Shown here one piece after another: positions 28,053-41,897 of a DNA stretch of 64,000 nt. The notes below the pieces were generated by a model that had not been told where the DNA came from, made no database searches, and was given only the letters and a program-made list of their open reading frames with translations. The position numbers and the translations under genes are program-made. Positions within the stretch are counted from its first letter, which is position 1. The number at the start of each line of letters is the position of its first letter. Origin of the DNA: Octopus sinensis (lineage: Eukaryota); contig NC_043003.1 in the NCBI RefSeq assembly GCF_006345805.1, positions 100,998,001-101,062,000 of the forward strand. The letters run 5' to 3'.

Positions 28053-28657
28053 AATTAACACTTGTACATCTTTGTTACTTATTTATATTCTGTTCACCTA
28101 ACTTGGAATTTGCACTTCAGAAATACTATAGAAAATAACTTTATAAAAATACATGTCTGAATTACCAAGAGCGGATGTCTTTACTTAGCTGAGTTGCGTT
28201 GTCTACACACACAACAGGAATATTGGGTACAAATACCCCTACACGGAGTCTTAATATTCAATGTTCAAATAATAATGTTGGGGCATGCAGGTTATACTGA
28301 ACTAGCAAGGTGTCTCAATTTAAGTACTTAATTCAACTGAATCTTAATTATATTTTATATATATATATTTATATATATATATATGCATGTGTCTATTTCT
28401 CACAACCAGTGGGGGGGTGTTTACCTCCCGTAACTTATTGATCAACAAAAGAGACTGATATAATAAATACTGGGCTTCAAAAAATGACTCCTAGGATCGG
28501 TTTGTTCAACTGAAGTCCTTCAAGGTGGTGCCCCAGCATGACTGCAGTTAAATGACTGAAACATGTAAAAGAAAAAAAGAGAAAGGATATATATATATTT
28601 GAAATTAGTGATGTAGTCTCTTTCATTATCCGTAAGTGAGTTGTAGACCACCACATC

Positions 28658-30394
28658 ATGAAAAAGATCAACAACCTGATCTCGACACACTACAACTCAC
28701 TTACGGATAATGAAAGAGACTACATCACCAATTTCCAACCAAAACCCAGCAACTTCTACGGCTTACCAAAAATACACAAATCAAAAGATATTCAACAGGC
28801 AGTAAAAGAACAAGAAAGTGAGTACATAAAATTACTACATCCAAAAGACCTAAAACTTAGACCTATTATAGCTGGTCCAGCATGCCCTACCCACCGTCTA
28901 AGCAATTTTATTGACATTGTTTTGAAACCACTATGTACTTACATACCCAGTTTCATCAGGGATGACATCGACTTCCTGTCCCATCTTCCCAAAACAACAG
29001 AAACAAATTCAGTTTTACTAAGTTTTGATGTGGTAAGCCTCTACACCAATATTCCACACGATTTAGGAATAAAGGCGATTAAATACTGGTTAGAAAAACA
29101 TAGAGAAGTGATTCCCAGCAGATTCACAGTGCCATTTATATTAGACACAGTCAAACTTATTCTAGAAAACAACACATTCTTCTTCAATGGAAAGAATTAC
29201 ATCCAAATTAGAGGCACGGCGATGGAAACGAGGTTTGCTCCCATTTATGCCAACTCTGTAATGGGATACTTAGAACAACAACTCTACCAAGAGGTGGAGG
29301 TAAACTATGGCACTGGATTTAGAAAGTATATTGAAAAGACATGGAAGAGATACCTAGACGACTGCTTCATAATCTGGACAGAATCTCTAAATACTCTGGA
29401 AGAGTTCAATATCCTCCTGAACAACCTACACCCATCTCTCCAATTTACAAAGGAGATGAGTAGTACCAAATTACCATTCCTAAATATAATGGTAATTAAA
29501 AAAGACACCACCATCACCACAGATATATACTATAAACACACAGACGCACATCAATACCTAAATTTTAAGTCGTGCCATCCACCACATACAAAACGTAACA
29601 TCCCATACTGCCTAGCCAGAAGAATTTGTACCATTGTAGAAGATGCAAATATCAGGAACAAACGCCTAACAGAACTAAGAGAACTTTTGCTCAAACAAAA
29701 ATACCCATCTCTACTTATAGAAAATGGCATACAGCAGGCTATAAAAATACCCATACAACTTAGGACAACCCAAGGAAGAGGAAAACAAGAACAAGTCATA
29801 CCATTCATAGTGACACACAACCCATGTCACCAGAATATCTTCAACATTGCCAAAGCAAACCTACCAATCATTGCCCAAAGTAATGAATTAAAAGACATAA
29901 TCACAGATCGAGCTATGGTGCTTAGTAAAAGACAGCCTAAAAACTTGAAAAAATTACTAACAAAGGCAAAATTTGACCTTAGCAACAAAGACCAAACATT
30001 CACTGTATCTAAATGCAATGATAGCCGATGTGGCACATGCCAATTCATACATACCGGCCAATATATAAACACAAAAACCGGGAAAATATTCACAAACGCG
30101 AATATGAACTGCAAAAGCAGAAATTTAATTTACTGCATCAAATGCCCAAATTGTGAAGAAATATATGTAGGTCAGACGGGAAACGCACTATCAGAACGCT
30201 CACATGTACACCGGCAACAGATTAGAGACCCAGAGGTCCGTCAGATACCTTTGAGTAACCACCTGGCAACATGTGGCCGGAAAATGTATATAATATTTCC
30301 ATTCTACAAATTACACAGCCCAAGTGAAATCGAGAGGAAAATCAGAGAAAAGAATTTTATTGATAAATTCGAACCCAAGCTAAATAAGCAATAA
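28658..30394 (+). CDS. Penelope RT + GIY-YIG endonuclease (578 aa, N-truncated)
   Basis: Motifs FYGLPKIHK, LRPII, SFDVVSLYTNIP, RYLDD, SCHP and NLIYCIKC...YVGQT. Confidence 0.92.
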   Translation: MKKINNLISTHYNSLTDNERDYITNFQPKPSNFYGLPKIHKSKDIQQAVKEQESEYIKLLHPKDLKLRPIIAGPACPTHRLSNFIDIVLKPLCTYIPSFIRDDIDFLSHLPKTTETNSVLLSFDVVSLYTNIPHDLGIKAIKYWLEKHREVIPSRFTVPFILDTVKLILENNTFFFNGKNYIQIRGTAMETRFAPIYANSVMGYLEQQLYQEVEVNYGTGFRKYIEKTWKRYLDDCFIIWTESLNTLEEFNILLNNLHPSLQFTKEMSSTKLPFLNIMVIKKDTTITTDIYYKHTDAHQYLNFKSCHPPHTKRNIPYCLARRICTIVEDANIRNKRLTELRELLLKQKYPSLLIENGIQQAIKIPIQLRTTQGRGKQEQVIPFIVTHNPCHQNIFNIAKANLPIIAQSNELKDIITDRAMVLSKRQPKNLKKLLTKAKFDLSNKDQTFTVSKCNDSRCGTCQFIHTGQYINTKTGKIFTNANMNCKSRNLIYCIKCPNCEEIYVGQTGNALSERSHVHRQQIRDPEVRQIPLSNHLATCGRKMYIIFPFYKLHSPSEIERKIREKNFIDKFEPKLNKQ

Positions 30395-30890
30395 TAATAA
30401 TACTTAGAGGTACTACTTCTACTGCTAGGACCATGACCACTAACAACAACAACAATACTAAAGGTGATCAAGATGAAGATAGCAGGAAAATTATCTTATT
30501 TAGGGTTAAAAGTTCTATTGCCACCACCATCACCACTAGCAACAATAATTAAGGTGCTGACAATGATGATGATGACAATTGAAATATAAAAATATAAAAA
30601 TCTCTGACAAAGGCTATTTACAACATTTCTAAAAATAACCCAACAATTGCTGCTTTGGCCAGGGTCAAGATACAGGACTCTTGACATGTCCAACAAAGCG
30701 TGACGCCTAAACCAATCAGCTCAACCAACCAATCAGCTTAAGTAATTGAGTGATACTACACACTGATTGGTCAGAATACAGTTTGCAAAACCTAGCACTC
30801 TGGAGCCTACCCAGCTGTATTTATAGCACAGAATCAATCATCTTGCTACAGTCAAAAATTGTGAAGCATGACTGTCACCACTACTACATA

Positions 30891-30931
30891 AACCCGAAGA
30901 TTGCAGAATTTAATGCATGAAAGTACTAGTT
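30891..30931 (+). ncRNA. Variant or decayed hammerhead in a Penelope 3' pLTR
   Basis: AAC-CCGAAGA-tTGCA gaatttaa TGCAt-GAAA-GTAC-TA-GTT. U4C change and weak stem I. Confidence 0.55.
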
Positions 30932-31057
30932 CAATCAGAATGAACATTTAACATTCTACTATTTTATTTTATTCTATTATAATATATTATCTTATAATAT
31001 ATCATTATAAGATTGTAAATAAAACGTGAAAATCAGACAAGGTTGGAATTCCTTTTA

Positions 31058-31101
<44 letters not shown>

Positions 31102-31359
31102 AGAAATATTAAAATTACTAAGTCTCTCTAAAGAGATTACGGCAGCGTTCCTGGAAATTAATAGTTATCGCCATAGTTATGGCATTCTTATAAAAATAAG
31201 AAAAAAGCTGTCCGCTTATTAGCTCCTTGTTCGAAGGTTATATGGATACAGTTTGTGTATCGACTAGCTAACTTAAGGCGATGGCCTCATGGAGCTAATA
31301 AGCGGACAGCTTTTTTCTTATTTTTATAAGAATGCCATATTAGTATGGCGATAACTATT

Positions 31360-31390
<31 letters not shown>

Positions 31391-32244
31391 GTAAGTTCAT
31401 TAAAATTTAGATTCAGATGAATTTGGTACTTAAGTTAAAGGCACCGGAATTTAGTATGGTATTATCCATATAATTCAAAATGGGATGATTATAATCAAGA
31501 TAAGCAACAAGGATATCCAGAGGTAATGCAGTATGATCGTTTCATGCGACTCCATTTAATTGAACAATGCAAACATGACATCAATTTAAAATGTAGAGCA
31601 ATCTTCAGCTGCTTATAACTATATAATTGAGTTAAATTCGAAGGATTCATTTGTATAATTTTCTTTTTATCCAAAACCACAAAGAGGATAAGTAGATAGA
31701 CAAAGAACATGTTTTATCAACAACATCACAGTTGTAACTGAGATTTTTAATTCCCATTCATACCACTATAATGTTGCCTTGTCTAGAGCAGGATATGACC
31801 AATAAATTACTTTCCTGAGAGTTTAACACTTTCAAATAAAGAAATAAATAAGAATAGCTTAAATAATATAAAGTCTTCAAATTTACAAAACTATGAAACA
31901 ACTCAAACTGATTACCTATCCTATAAACCTAACATTAATAGTAGAGTACACTCCGAAAGTAGTAGGTGAGACACAAATAGGTATAAAAAACTAGTTAATA
32001 AAATAACTGTGAATGAAAAAATAATAGTTACTCCTCCAGATAAAAAAAACTAATTATATATATAATATATATATATAATATACTATATATATATTCAAAG
32101 AGCAATAAAGATTCAAGTTAATTTTAAAAATTTACTTGAATATGGTACCTAACTTAGATGCACCAAAAAAAACTATACTGATTTAAACAATACAGTAATG
32201 TGGGGTGATTATAAGCGAGAAAGAAGCAACAAGAATGGATAGGT

Positions 32245-32335
32245 TTTTAGTACGATCGTTTCATACAAGGACAGGTTTTATTAAAAGTTGCAAAGATTAC
32301 AGCATATAAACGAGTCCCGTACTCATCAGCTAAAA
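32245..32335 (-). ncRNA. Type I hammerhead in a Penelope 3' pLTR
   Basis: Near-exact reverse complement of 36237-36325. Confidence 0.8.
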
Positions 32336-35300
32336 TACATGTAAGTTCTCTAGACATCCTAGTGTTTGAGGCTATACTCATGAAGTAATGTAGATAATTA
32401 AACAGATTCTAAAGTTCATTAAAGTTCTTTAAAGATGATGTACAGTCTTATCACAGAATTTTAAAAAAGTTTTGATAGCATCACAGAGAAGGTGACCTAA
32501 TCCATATGAATTTCCATAGATATGATGAGGGATTATATACTCACAGAAGACAAATTTATCCATTGTTACTACAACGAGGTGGGTCTCAATTCCTGCTTAT
32601 TAGCATTACAGAGAGGGTGAATTAATCCTTTGTATATATGCACAGATTCCAATGGTGTAGATGTAAATTTCCAGAGAAATGGAGATGAATTTCATATTCA
32701 CAGGCGATAAATTTTACAATGGTTGAACACAATGAGGTAGGTATCAATCCTTGTTATATGATTAGGTGTTTGCCATATTAATCACATTACTGCTATTCAC
32801 AAGAGGCTGTAGCTATTTAACTCTTAAAGGCTGAAGGGCTTACTAGATCGGCCAAGAATAGAGAAGGGATAGAAGAAAAGAGAGAAAATAATGGAGGAGG
32901 GAGCAAAAAGGGGGGGGAAAGGGGGAACTAAAAGAGAAGAGAAAAGGAAACAGAGAATAAGAAGAAGAAAAAAAGAAAGAGAAAGAGAAGAAATAGGGAA
33001 AGAAGGGAAAAAAGAAAAAGAAAAAAGAAAAAGAAAAAAAGAGGGTTCTAGTTATACAGAAGAGCTAGTAGACTGTAAGTCTGGTTTAATCAACAGGCAT
33101 CTAGGAACTAGAGGGGAATATATTCTTTGACCAGTAAACCGTTAATTTATTGCTGTTGAAATCAGCTATGAGTTTAAAGAGAATCTAAAGAGATAACACA
33201 GTCAGGGGGTTAAGGGGTCAGATGCTAAAATCACCAGAAAATACATTAGGAAAATCTAAGTATAATCTTATCAAAAAGTCATTAAAATTTACTTATTTAA
33301 TTTATTCATTTTATTGTCTTAAGGAGTTGTCGTTATTATTCATACATTGACTGACTACAGGTCAAATCTTATAAGATCATTTACAAGGTGTTAGGGGATT
33401 GTCTATCATAATGAAGATAATCATATATTCACCGAGGGAATAGCCTTATTTATTTAATTATGAAATAGAATTATGGGGCTACAGTAACTAATTATAATTT
33501 ATTAGAGTTATGCTATTTAAATTAGATTAAGTTAGGAATTAAAATTAAATATTACAATTAAGATTTAAAATTAAGAATTTAAAAATTGTGAGTTTGAAAT
33601 TAAATAAAGCCTCAATTAAGTAGCGAATAAGTACTATTCATTTCCCTGTTCTCAAAAAACTGATGCAGATATAAGGAAAAATATAAGATAACTGTAATGT
33701 GAGAACTCTTAGTTATCTACTTAAAGCAGTGCTATACTAGTAGAAATCAAGTTATATCTATCTATCTAGTTATGAATATTCCAATCATTTAAAATATTTT
33801 AAAGTCTTCAATTTAGCGTGGACACAAAACTTGACCTAGTTCGATATGGTTATTCAATAAGTTTCTATGTTTACTATGCTTTAGAATTTCGTACGTCTCC
33901 ATGGAGCATAGTTGACAACCAACCCTACTATTTTTATACGGAATTGCTCTCCTAACTATTTCCCAATTAAGGGTATAATTTTTGTTATTTTTTGAGTTCC
34001 CAGATTTTGTTTGAAAGTGTGGTGGTACCAGCTTTATGACGTAATTTAAAAGTCGAGATGTGATTTCTAACTCTGGCTAAAAAATTAATTGTACAGCCAA
34101 TGTAAAAATATTTGTTATTCTCCGTGGATATGGTACATTTATAGATTACATTATTTTCCCTACATAGACCAGGTGCCGGGCATTTTGATTTTATTCTACA
34201 CTTACACACAGGAGGAACAACTTCAGGCCTTGGATTATTCCTGGGTAGATGTTTAAGGTTCCTATTATTTTGATTATCATTTCTATAGTTGGTGCTGATA
34301 TCTAAAGTATTGTTATTATTTATTGATCCTTCCGTTTCATCATTTAGGTGTAAAGTCCTACCAAGATTTCTTATATTATTCGTAATGTTATTATTATTGT
34401 TAGTCTTTTATCCAACTGTATATTATTGTTATAGATATCACTGATATTTTCATTCTCCTTATTTTCTCCATTAGCCTTATTTCTATTATTCTATTATTAA
34501 CAATATTACTTCTATTAATATCGGCATTGTTATTATTACTATTAATGTTAATGTTATTAGTCATTCTGTGGTTACTAATTTCACCTATGTTTTGATAGTT
34601 CCTATTGCTGTTTTTATTGTTGGTAGTATTATTGTTATTGCTATTGGTATTCATTCTGATATTATTATTTTTATTTCTATCTTTCCTGGCTAGTTTAATG
34701 TTGTTATTATTAATTTTAGCTATTAAAGTGGACATATTTGGGAGGGTTGAATAAGAAATCCTAACTGTTTTCCTAGAAATAATTCTATGATATCTATGAG
34801 AGATAGGGAAATTTTTTCCAGAATCACTTTGAATTTGTTCTGTATATCCGATTGTATCGCACAGTTGAAAGGAATATTCAGCCAAATATATCTTTTTTAT
34901 AAAATTTAGGGTTCGTAGAATTACTACTATTCATCTCACCGGAGTTATTGTATTTATTACCATTATTTTTATTTTTATTTGTGTGCATCTTAGGTTTATC
35001 TACTTCAATCTTATCCGAGTTACCTATGTTCTGGTCAATGCTTCTATTTGAATTGTGGGCCTGTACTCTAGATTAGCGTTTACCGTTAATTAATTCTACT
35101 TTTATTTCGGGTTTGGTCTTTTTGCTGCTTACGTGATTACTGATAACTTCATTATTAGGAATACGTGAGTTCTCCCTATCAACGAATGTAATCTTTTGGT
35201 TGTATCCAGCCTTAGTTAACGCCGCATTATAATGCTCAGAATGGGATTTAAATATATCCTTATTGGATGATAATTTTGAAATTCTTAATGAAATATTTCT

Positions 35301-36236
35301 TACTAAAGATTCTATTATATTTGGGGGATGATTGATAATTTATTTACGTAATTCGTGACTTCGCCTTCCTTTCTAAATGGGTAATGTAGCTTGGAGTTAA
35401 GGTCTAGGGTAATATCTAGGAAATTAGCTATTTTAGTGCCCGGTTCATACGTTATACTGAGGTTGAAATCCTTAAAGAATATTAATTTTCTTTCTAATCC
35501 TTTCTATAACAGATTTATTATTACTAGGGATAACAAACAGAGCATCATCCCTATATAGACCCCCTGTATTTCTGGGATATCCTTGCTTATGCATTTTAAT
35601 AGATATGCGCCTACTAGGTTGGTTACCTCAGCCGAATCACTGGAACCCATTGGTATATCAAAAAAATTGGTGTATCTGCTCTAGTCCATAATTTATCTTC
35701 AAATTCAATAAATGTCTTCCTAGCTAGTAGCACAATATGATTTCTTCTCTAGTTATGAGGGAGCGATTCATGGCAAATATTAGTGATTTGTTGAGTAAGA
35801 TAGGGGAAATGCTAGAGTAATAACTATTAATATCGAACTGAATAAAGGACAGACTACTAGTATTAGTTAGAGAGTTAAACCATTTTAGAACTTCGTCGGT
35901 ACTTAGCCATAGGTTAAGGGGAGAAGAGGGGTTATTTGGGGTAGAACGGTATCCAGGATAGATTTACTAAGTCGGCCAATGTCCGACTTAGTTGGACAGA
36001 TCAGCCTTACTGAAGGGTTATCCAAGAAGTCCTTTTTGTGGTCTTTAAGGTTGATCCTGGGCTCACAGGGTTTAGGTCACCTTCTCTGTGATGCTATCAA
36101 ACTTTTTTAAAATTCTGTGATAAGACTGTACATCATCTTTAAAGAACTTTAATGAACTTTAGAAATCTGTTTAATTATCTACATTACTTCATGAGTATAG
36201 CCTCAAACACTAGGATGTCTAGAGAACTTACATGTA

Positions 36237-36325
36237 TTTTAGCTGATGAGTACGGGACTCGTTTATATGCTGTAATTTGCAACTTTTAAAAAAACCTGTC
36301 CTTGTATGAAACGATCGTACTAAAA
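36237..36325 (+). ncRNA. Type I hammerhead with long stem II, in an inverted Penelope pLTR
   Basis: TTTTAG-CTGATGA-GTACGGGAC...GTCCTTGTAT-GAAA-CGATCG-TA-CTAAAA. Confidence 0.8.
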
Positions 36326-36365
36326 ACCTATCCATTCTTGTTGCTTCTTTCTCGCCTATATATAT

Positions 36366-36416
<51 letters not shown>

Positions 36417-36419
36417 AAT

Positions 36420-39400
36420 ATATAAATAAGACTAGCAATAATAGCAACATTCTGAGGAGTATAGATAGTACAAATTTATCCCACCCTTACTTAAATAAGA
36501 AATTCAAAAGTAAAAATATTATATGGTTCAATGTCCCTTTCAACTAATATATATAGTAAATTTATGTCCATATTAGAAACAAACTTCCCGCATAAAACAG
36601 TCAGAATATTCTCCCCATTCTCCCCAATATAAGTACCATCATAGCTAGATTAAATAGAAAGAATATTGGACCAGGCAGAAATGTTAAAAGTAACAATAAT
36701 AATAATAATAATAATAATATAAACAATAATTATAATAATATCAATAATAACATTAGTAATAAAAATGGTACTCACAATAATAATAACAATGAAAATGACA
36801 ATAATAAAAATAATAATTATATGAATAAAAATAATAATAACATTCCTACTAACCAAGACTTAAACACCTCTAATGAAAATAATATTGAAAATGATATGGT
36901 GTATGATATAAATGACATTAGGTCCACTAATAGTAGTGTTATGGAATATAGTTCCAGTACATATGTGTACATGGAAACTATGTGTATACCTGATGGAGAT
37001 GAGACAAATTTATATGATAAGATGGTTGAGGAAGAATTAGAAACTAATAGTCAAAACCATAACTTACCTGATAATGTAATTATAGATAACGATGATACTA
37101 TTAATGTCAATAATAGTTTAAATAACAATAATAACAATAACTTGTTTCTAAATAATACTAATATCAATAATTATTCTCCTAGTTGTAATTGTAGAATCAA
37201 GTCCCACTATCCGGTATCTGGTCGGTGTCTAGCCCAAAACGTAGTATACAAATGTACAGTAATGACTTCAACTAATAAGTTTATTTATTTTGGTTGTACT
37301 GTAAATCTGAAGAAATGTATATATAATCACAGATCATTGCACAACATTATCCAATAAAATTTGGGAGCTAAAAGAAAATAGAATTAGATTTAGCCTTAAA
37401 TGGGACATAGTAAGGAAAGCGCAACCTTATAAAAATAGTAGATATGGGTGTGAACTCTGCTCCATGGAAATATATGAAATTTTTAAACATAAGGATAATG
37501 TAAACCTGTTAAATAACCATTTAGAACTAGGAGTATCGTGTATACATTGTACTACCCATACCTTTAAATATTTTAGAAAATAGCATTCTGTTATTCCTGA
37601 ATTTTTAAATCTTAATTTTTACCTATTAACTTTTATAAATCAATGAAGAAATAGCATACCCTACAATATTAATTGTTTAATCAGCACTAGGTATTAAGAA
37701 ATTTAATAACATAGACAAATTGAATAAAATTGAATAAAATAATTTTTAAATTTCTAAAATTATTACATAAATTCTATATTTCTAATGAAGTTAATAGGTT
37801 GTATATTTACACTACAATAATTTTAAGGATTTAGTAATTTTCACATCTATTTCTATGATGATTCTACTCTACCTAATCTTTTTCGATATTCTAATAATAC
37901 CTTTATATAAGCCTAAATTATTATACCCCATATAGCCATACTTTACTCTTAATATACATTATAAGATTTCCCATAAAATAATTCTATATCTCTATATTTT
38001 CATTTTCTATTTGCCTTTTTGTTTACCTTCCTTCCATTGTAGTTAAATAAATTTGATATGCATGTCAATTAGTACCCTGTTTACTGGAAATCTCATTCTA
38101 AAATCTTCTAAATTACCCTAATTAATATTTTATAACCTTATACAAATAGATAATATTGTTTAAAAGGGGTTTTTTTTTTTAAATTACTTGATTTCTCTTT
38201 CTCTCAAATAGCTCTACCCCGGTGATCTTAGTATGTATAAAGAAGTTTTATAAAAATAACATTTTATAAATATCAGTTATAAATTATAAATTATCATGTA
38301 AGGATTAATAATATCATAAATCTATAATAAAACACATAATTTTATATAAAGTTTTGTTAATATAATTTTTGTCCAACAACTTAATTATTTCCTTATAGAA
38401 ACTTAATTATAACTTAATTATTTCTTTATAGGTATTCTCATGACAAGTAAATGTAATTTTTAGTCTAAAAATTATAAGATTATAACATTTCTTCTAACAA
38501 ATTACCTTACCTATAAATATAAGTAAGCTAAGTATAACTTATAATAAGGTTTTGGAACACAAATCCTTTTACTCCTTGTCTATAACAATTCTACAAAGAT
38601 TTATATTTTTTTAGTATATTCATTTTTATTTCTTTATTTTACTTTCAAACCAATTTCTTATCTATTTATTCACTATATCATTTTATTTAAAATATACCTC
38701 TATAAATTTCATACTCAACTTATATAAAACTATACTAATATATTCACTATTTATTTTATAATATAAGAAATATGCTCAAACTAAAATTGTTAATATATTA
38801 TATAAGTTTTTTAACACATTCCTTTAACTTAACTTTCCTTTATACCAATAATTACCAGTTAATAATTAACTATAAATATATGTAAGTTGGTATAGAAATA
38901 TAAAATATGGAATTATTTCTATATTCTCTGTCCCTCTATAGTGTAAAATCTTTTGATAATACTGAAAGTAATCAGAAATATTCTTCTTATTGCCTTTTGA
39001 AACAACTCTAAAATATATCTGTGTATATTTGGTAAATAGTTAATGCTATATGTTTTACTCTCCCTAACCCACTAGCATTAGCCTGCTAACTTAGCTGAAG
39101 TATATTCTTACTGAACCAAATGGTTTTTACTTCAAAGAGATCTTGATTTATGACTCTGCCACTTAAACGGTCTTTTTTTACCCTATCCATAAAGGATAGA
39201 TTCTAGTTTCTATTAGACTTGATAAACTAGTCTATAAATTAAAACTACCACCACCACTAGTAAATCTGATTAAGAAATATAATCAATAATAAGCAATGTC
39301 TTCTTTTGAAAAATCTCAGTTACAACTGTGATGTTGTTGATAAAACATGTTCTTTGTCTATCTACTTATCCTCTTTGTGGTTTTGGATAAAAAGAAAACT

Positions 39401-39423
39401 ATACAATGAATCCTTCGAATTTA

Positions 39424-39493
<70 letters not shown>

Positions 39494-40050
39494 ATATATA
39501 TACACACACACATATATGTATGTATATATATGTATATATATATACATATATATATGTATGCATATATATATATATGTTTATATATATATATATATATATC
39601 TTTACACACACACATATATACACATATATATGTGTGTGTATATATATATATAAGAAAATAGAGAGGTAATTAATAAATATATGACATTTTTAGCAATATA
39701 TCTACTTGAGTTTTTCTTATACTAAACACTCTAGAGGAATATATTGATCTATTCTTACTTTACAACTCAAATATACACAACCTTCCTCCCCTTTCTAAGG
39801 TCTATACCATGTTCGATATGTATAAGTTTTATCAGTTAATGGTCTGCAGCTGTTTATTCAACATGCAGGAATTGAACACCTATTCTATATATCTTAAACT
39901 AACTCTGATGAGATTCGAATTTCAAATAATTTAAAATTTTATTAATTAATTTTTTGAAGGTCTTAAATTGAAACAGCTGTAAGGGATGTTTGTCAATTTA
40001 TAATCAATAAATAATAATTCATTAATTACCTCTCAATTTTCTTATCATAT
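36420..40050 (+). mobile_element. Decayed Penelope-like element (3' half)
   Basis: KNIIWFNVPFN, Asn-rich linker, CNCRIKS.YPVSGRCL..NVVYKC..IYFGCT. Long AT-rich 3' region with a hammerhead at 39.9 kb. The right boundary is uncertain. Confidence 0.75.
39903..39984 (+). ncRNA. Decayed hammerhead
   Basis: CT-CTGATGA-GATT...AATT-GAAA-CAGCTG-TA-AG. Confidence 0.55.
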
Positions 40051-40188
40051 AATAGATAAATATACAAAAACCACGGTTTATATAGTTACCATGCAGTTGA
40101 GTATTAACTGTTATGTTCAATATTCTTTGTATAGGTAACTAACCAGTACTTTCAGAGGATTTTGCTAACTCTCAATGAGGTTTGTAAC

Positions 40189-40279
<91 letters not shown>

Positions 40280-40380
40280 TAAATAGATAGATATAGATAA
40301 ATAGATAAAAAGATCATTACACATGAATGTGTGTGCATATATGTATGCATATACATGTGTATATATATGCTGGTGTGTGA

Positions 40381-40427
<47 letters not shown>

Positions 40428-40556
40428 TCAATTTTTAAACATTTTGGAAACTTAGTTGACACTTGCAAAATGGCTTGTTTTTCCTCTTTTCTTTTCTTTT
40501 CTTAAAAGTTCAAATAAATATTTTCTGAGTTACAGTCTTTACAAAATTGTATTGAC

Positions 40557-41720
40557 TTACCTCTTCTGTCTCTCACTCTTACACTCCTTTACGTTGGGGT
40601 ATCCTATCTCACTATAATTTACCTTGTATTTGTGTTTTTCATGTTGTCTCTTTTTGTTTCTATTTTCCTGCTGTTTTGTGAGTTCTTGTATCTTCGCCTC
40701 TAAGTCTGTGTGTTCGTGTTTTTGTGTGTCTGTATGTTTGTTTGACTGTAACTCTACATGTTTCGTCTGTGTATCTATGTTTTTAGGTTTCCATTCTTCT
40801 GAGTTGTCTTCCTTCTGGTCTGCATGACTCTGTCCTTTTAATTCCTTTGCTGGTACTTCCTCTGGTAAATTTTCTCTGTTTCTCATTGTGGGTTGAGTTT
40901 CTTCTTCCATTCCTTTACATTTCTTCACTTCCACTGTTGTCAGTGACTTTCTTCTCCCTCTTTTTCTGGGTTTTACCTCCGCCAAATTGTCATCATATTC
41001 TGTTCTCTGCTTCTGCTTTTTTTCCCACCACATTTAGGGGTTTCCCCTCTAACATTACTTCCAGTTTATCACCATTTGGTAATTCCACAGTTTCCGCCAT
41101 TTCATCATAATATTCTGGGCTTACCACGAAAATTACTTCGATTCCATATCCCCATCAATTCAATTGTTGATTTCTGCTTACTATGCAAATCTCCAGGTTT
41201 TCACTTCCCTTCACCAGCTCTGAATTAAAAATTGCGACTATTACCCATTCTGGGTCTATCGACGGTGGGAGTCTTCTCACCCTGACCCTGACGATTCTTT
41301 TGCCTAAACAGTTCAGCATTAACGTCCATTTCTCTCCCATTATCAGCCTGTTATCGTTTATTTTCACCTCCTCTTCTGATGCAAAAGTAACTTATATCGT
41401 TGCATATTTCCTTCCTCTTGTAAAGAAAGTTATCTCTTCACCTATTTGCTCCTTCAATATTTCCTCTATCTCTTCCTGCGGCGCGTGTTCTATTCTCCTA
41501 TTTTCATTCGAAAATGTTCTGAATATCACTGTCCTGCTTTCCATTTTCCTTTTTTCCTCCACAGGCAGGGTCATTCTTATGTTTGAACCTTCTTTTTCTA
41601 TCATGCCATAATATTTTGCTATCTTGTCTTTATTCCACTTTGGGTCCAGGGTATCTCAACCTCCAGTAGCTTCTGCGTAACTCTTTATTTTTTCCATTAT
41701 TCACTTCCGCCCAATGACAG
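40557..41720 (-). mobile_element. LINE ORF1-like fragment (L1/Tx1-type)
   Basis: Frameshifted ORF with RVRVRRLPPSIDPEWV and a basic C-terminal region. Family assignment is tentative. Confidence 0.5.
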
Positions 41721-41897
41721 TGGCTTTGCACAAAAAATTTCACTTCGAATGCTTCAAAAAACAACAAAAAGCTTGACCTTGCTAGCTATCGATGCTTATT
41801 CGCCTTTGAAAACATATATATTTCAAGTGAAATACATTCACTGATTTCGAAAATAGAAATATTGCATTTCTAAATCTCTCATATGTGTGTGTGTGTA

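Larger units (their letters stand above)
28600..31040 (+). mobile_element. Penelope-like element, 5'-truncated
   Basis: RT-GIY-YIG ORF followed by a 3' non-coding region with a hammerhead-like motif. Ends in (TA)n. Confidence 0.92.
32213..36355 (-). mobile_element. Decayed Penelope-like element with inverted pLTRs
   Basis: Frameshifted RT at about 35.1-36.06 kb and GIY-YIG (NVIYKC..FYIGCT) at 33985-34209. ~280-bp inverted repeats at 32213-32495 and 36075-36355. Confidence 0.88.

Noticed and set aside
39306-39669. Many YI/CV/TH-rich ORFs here and elsewhere
   Set aside because: Translations of (TA)n and (CA)n microsatellites.
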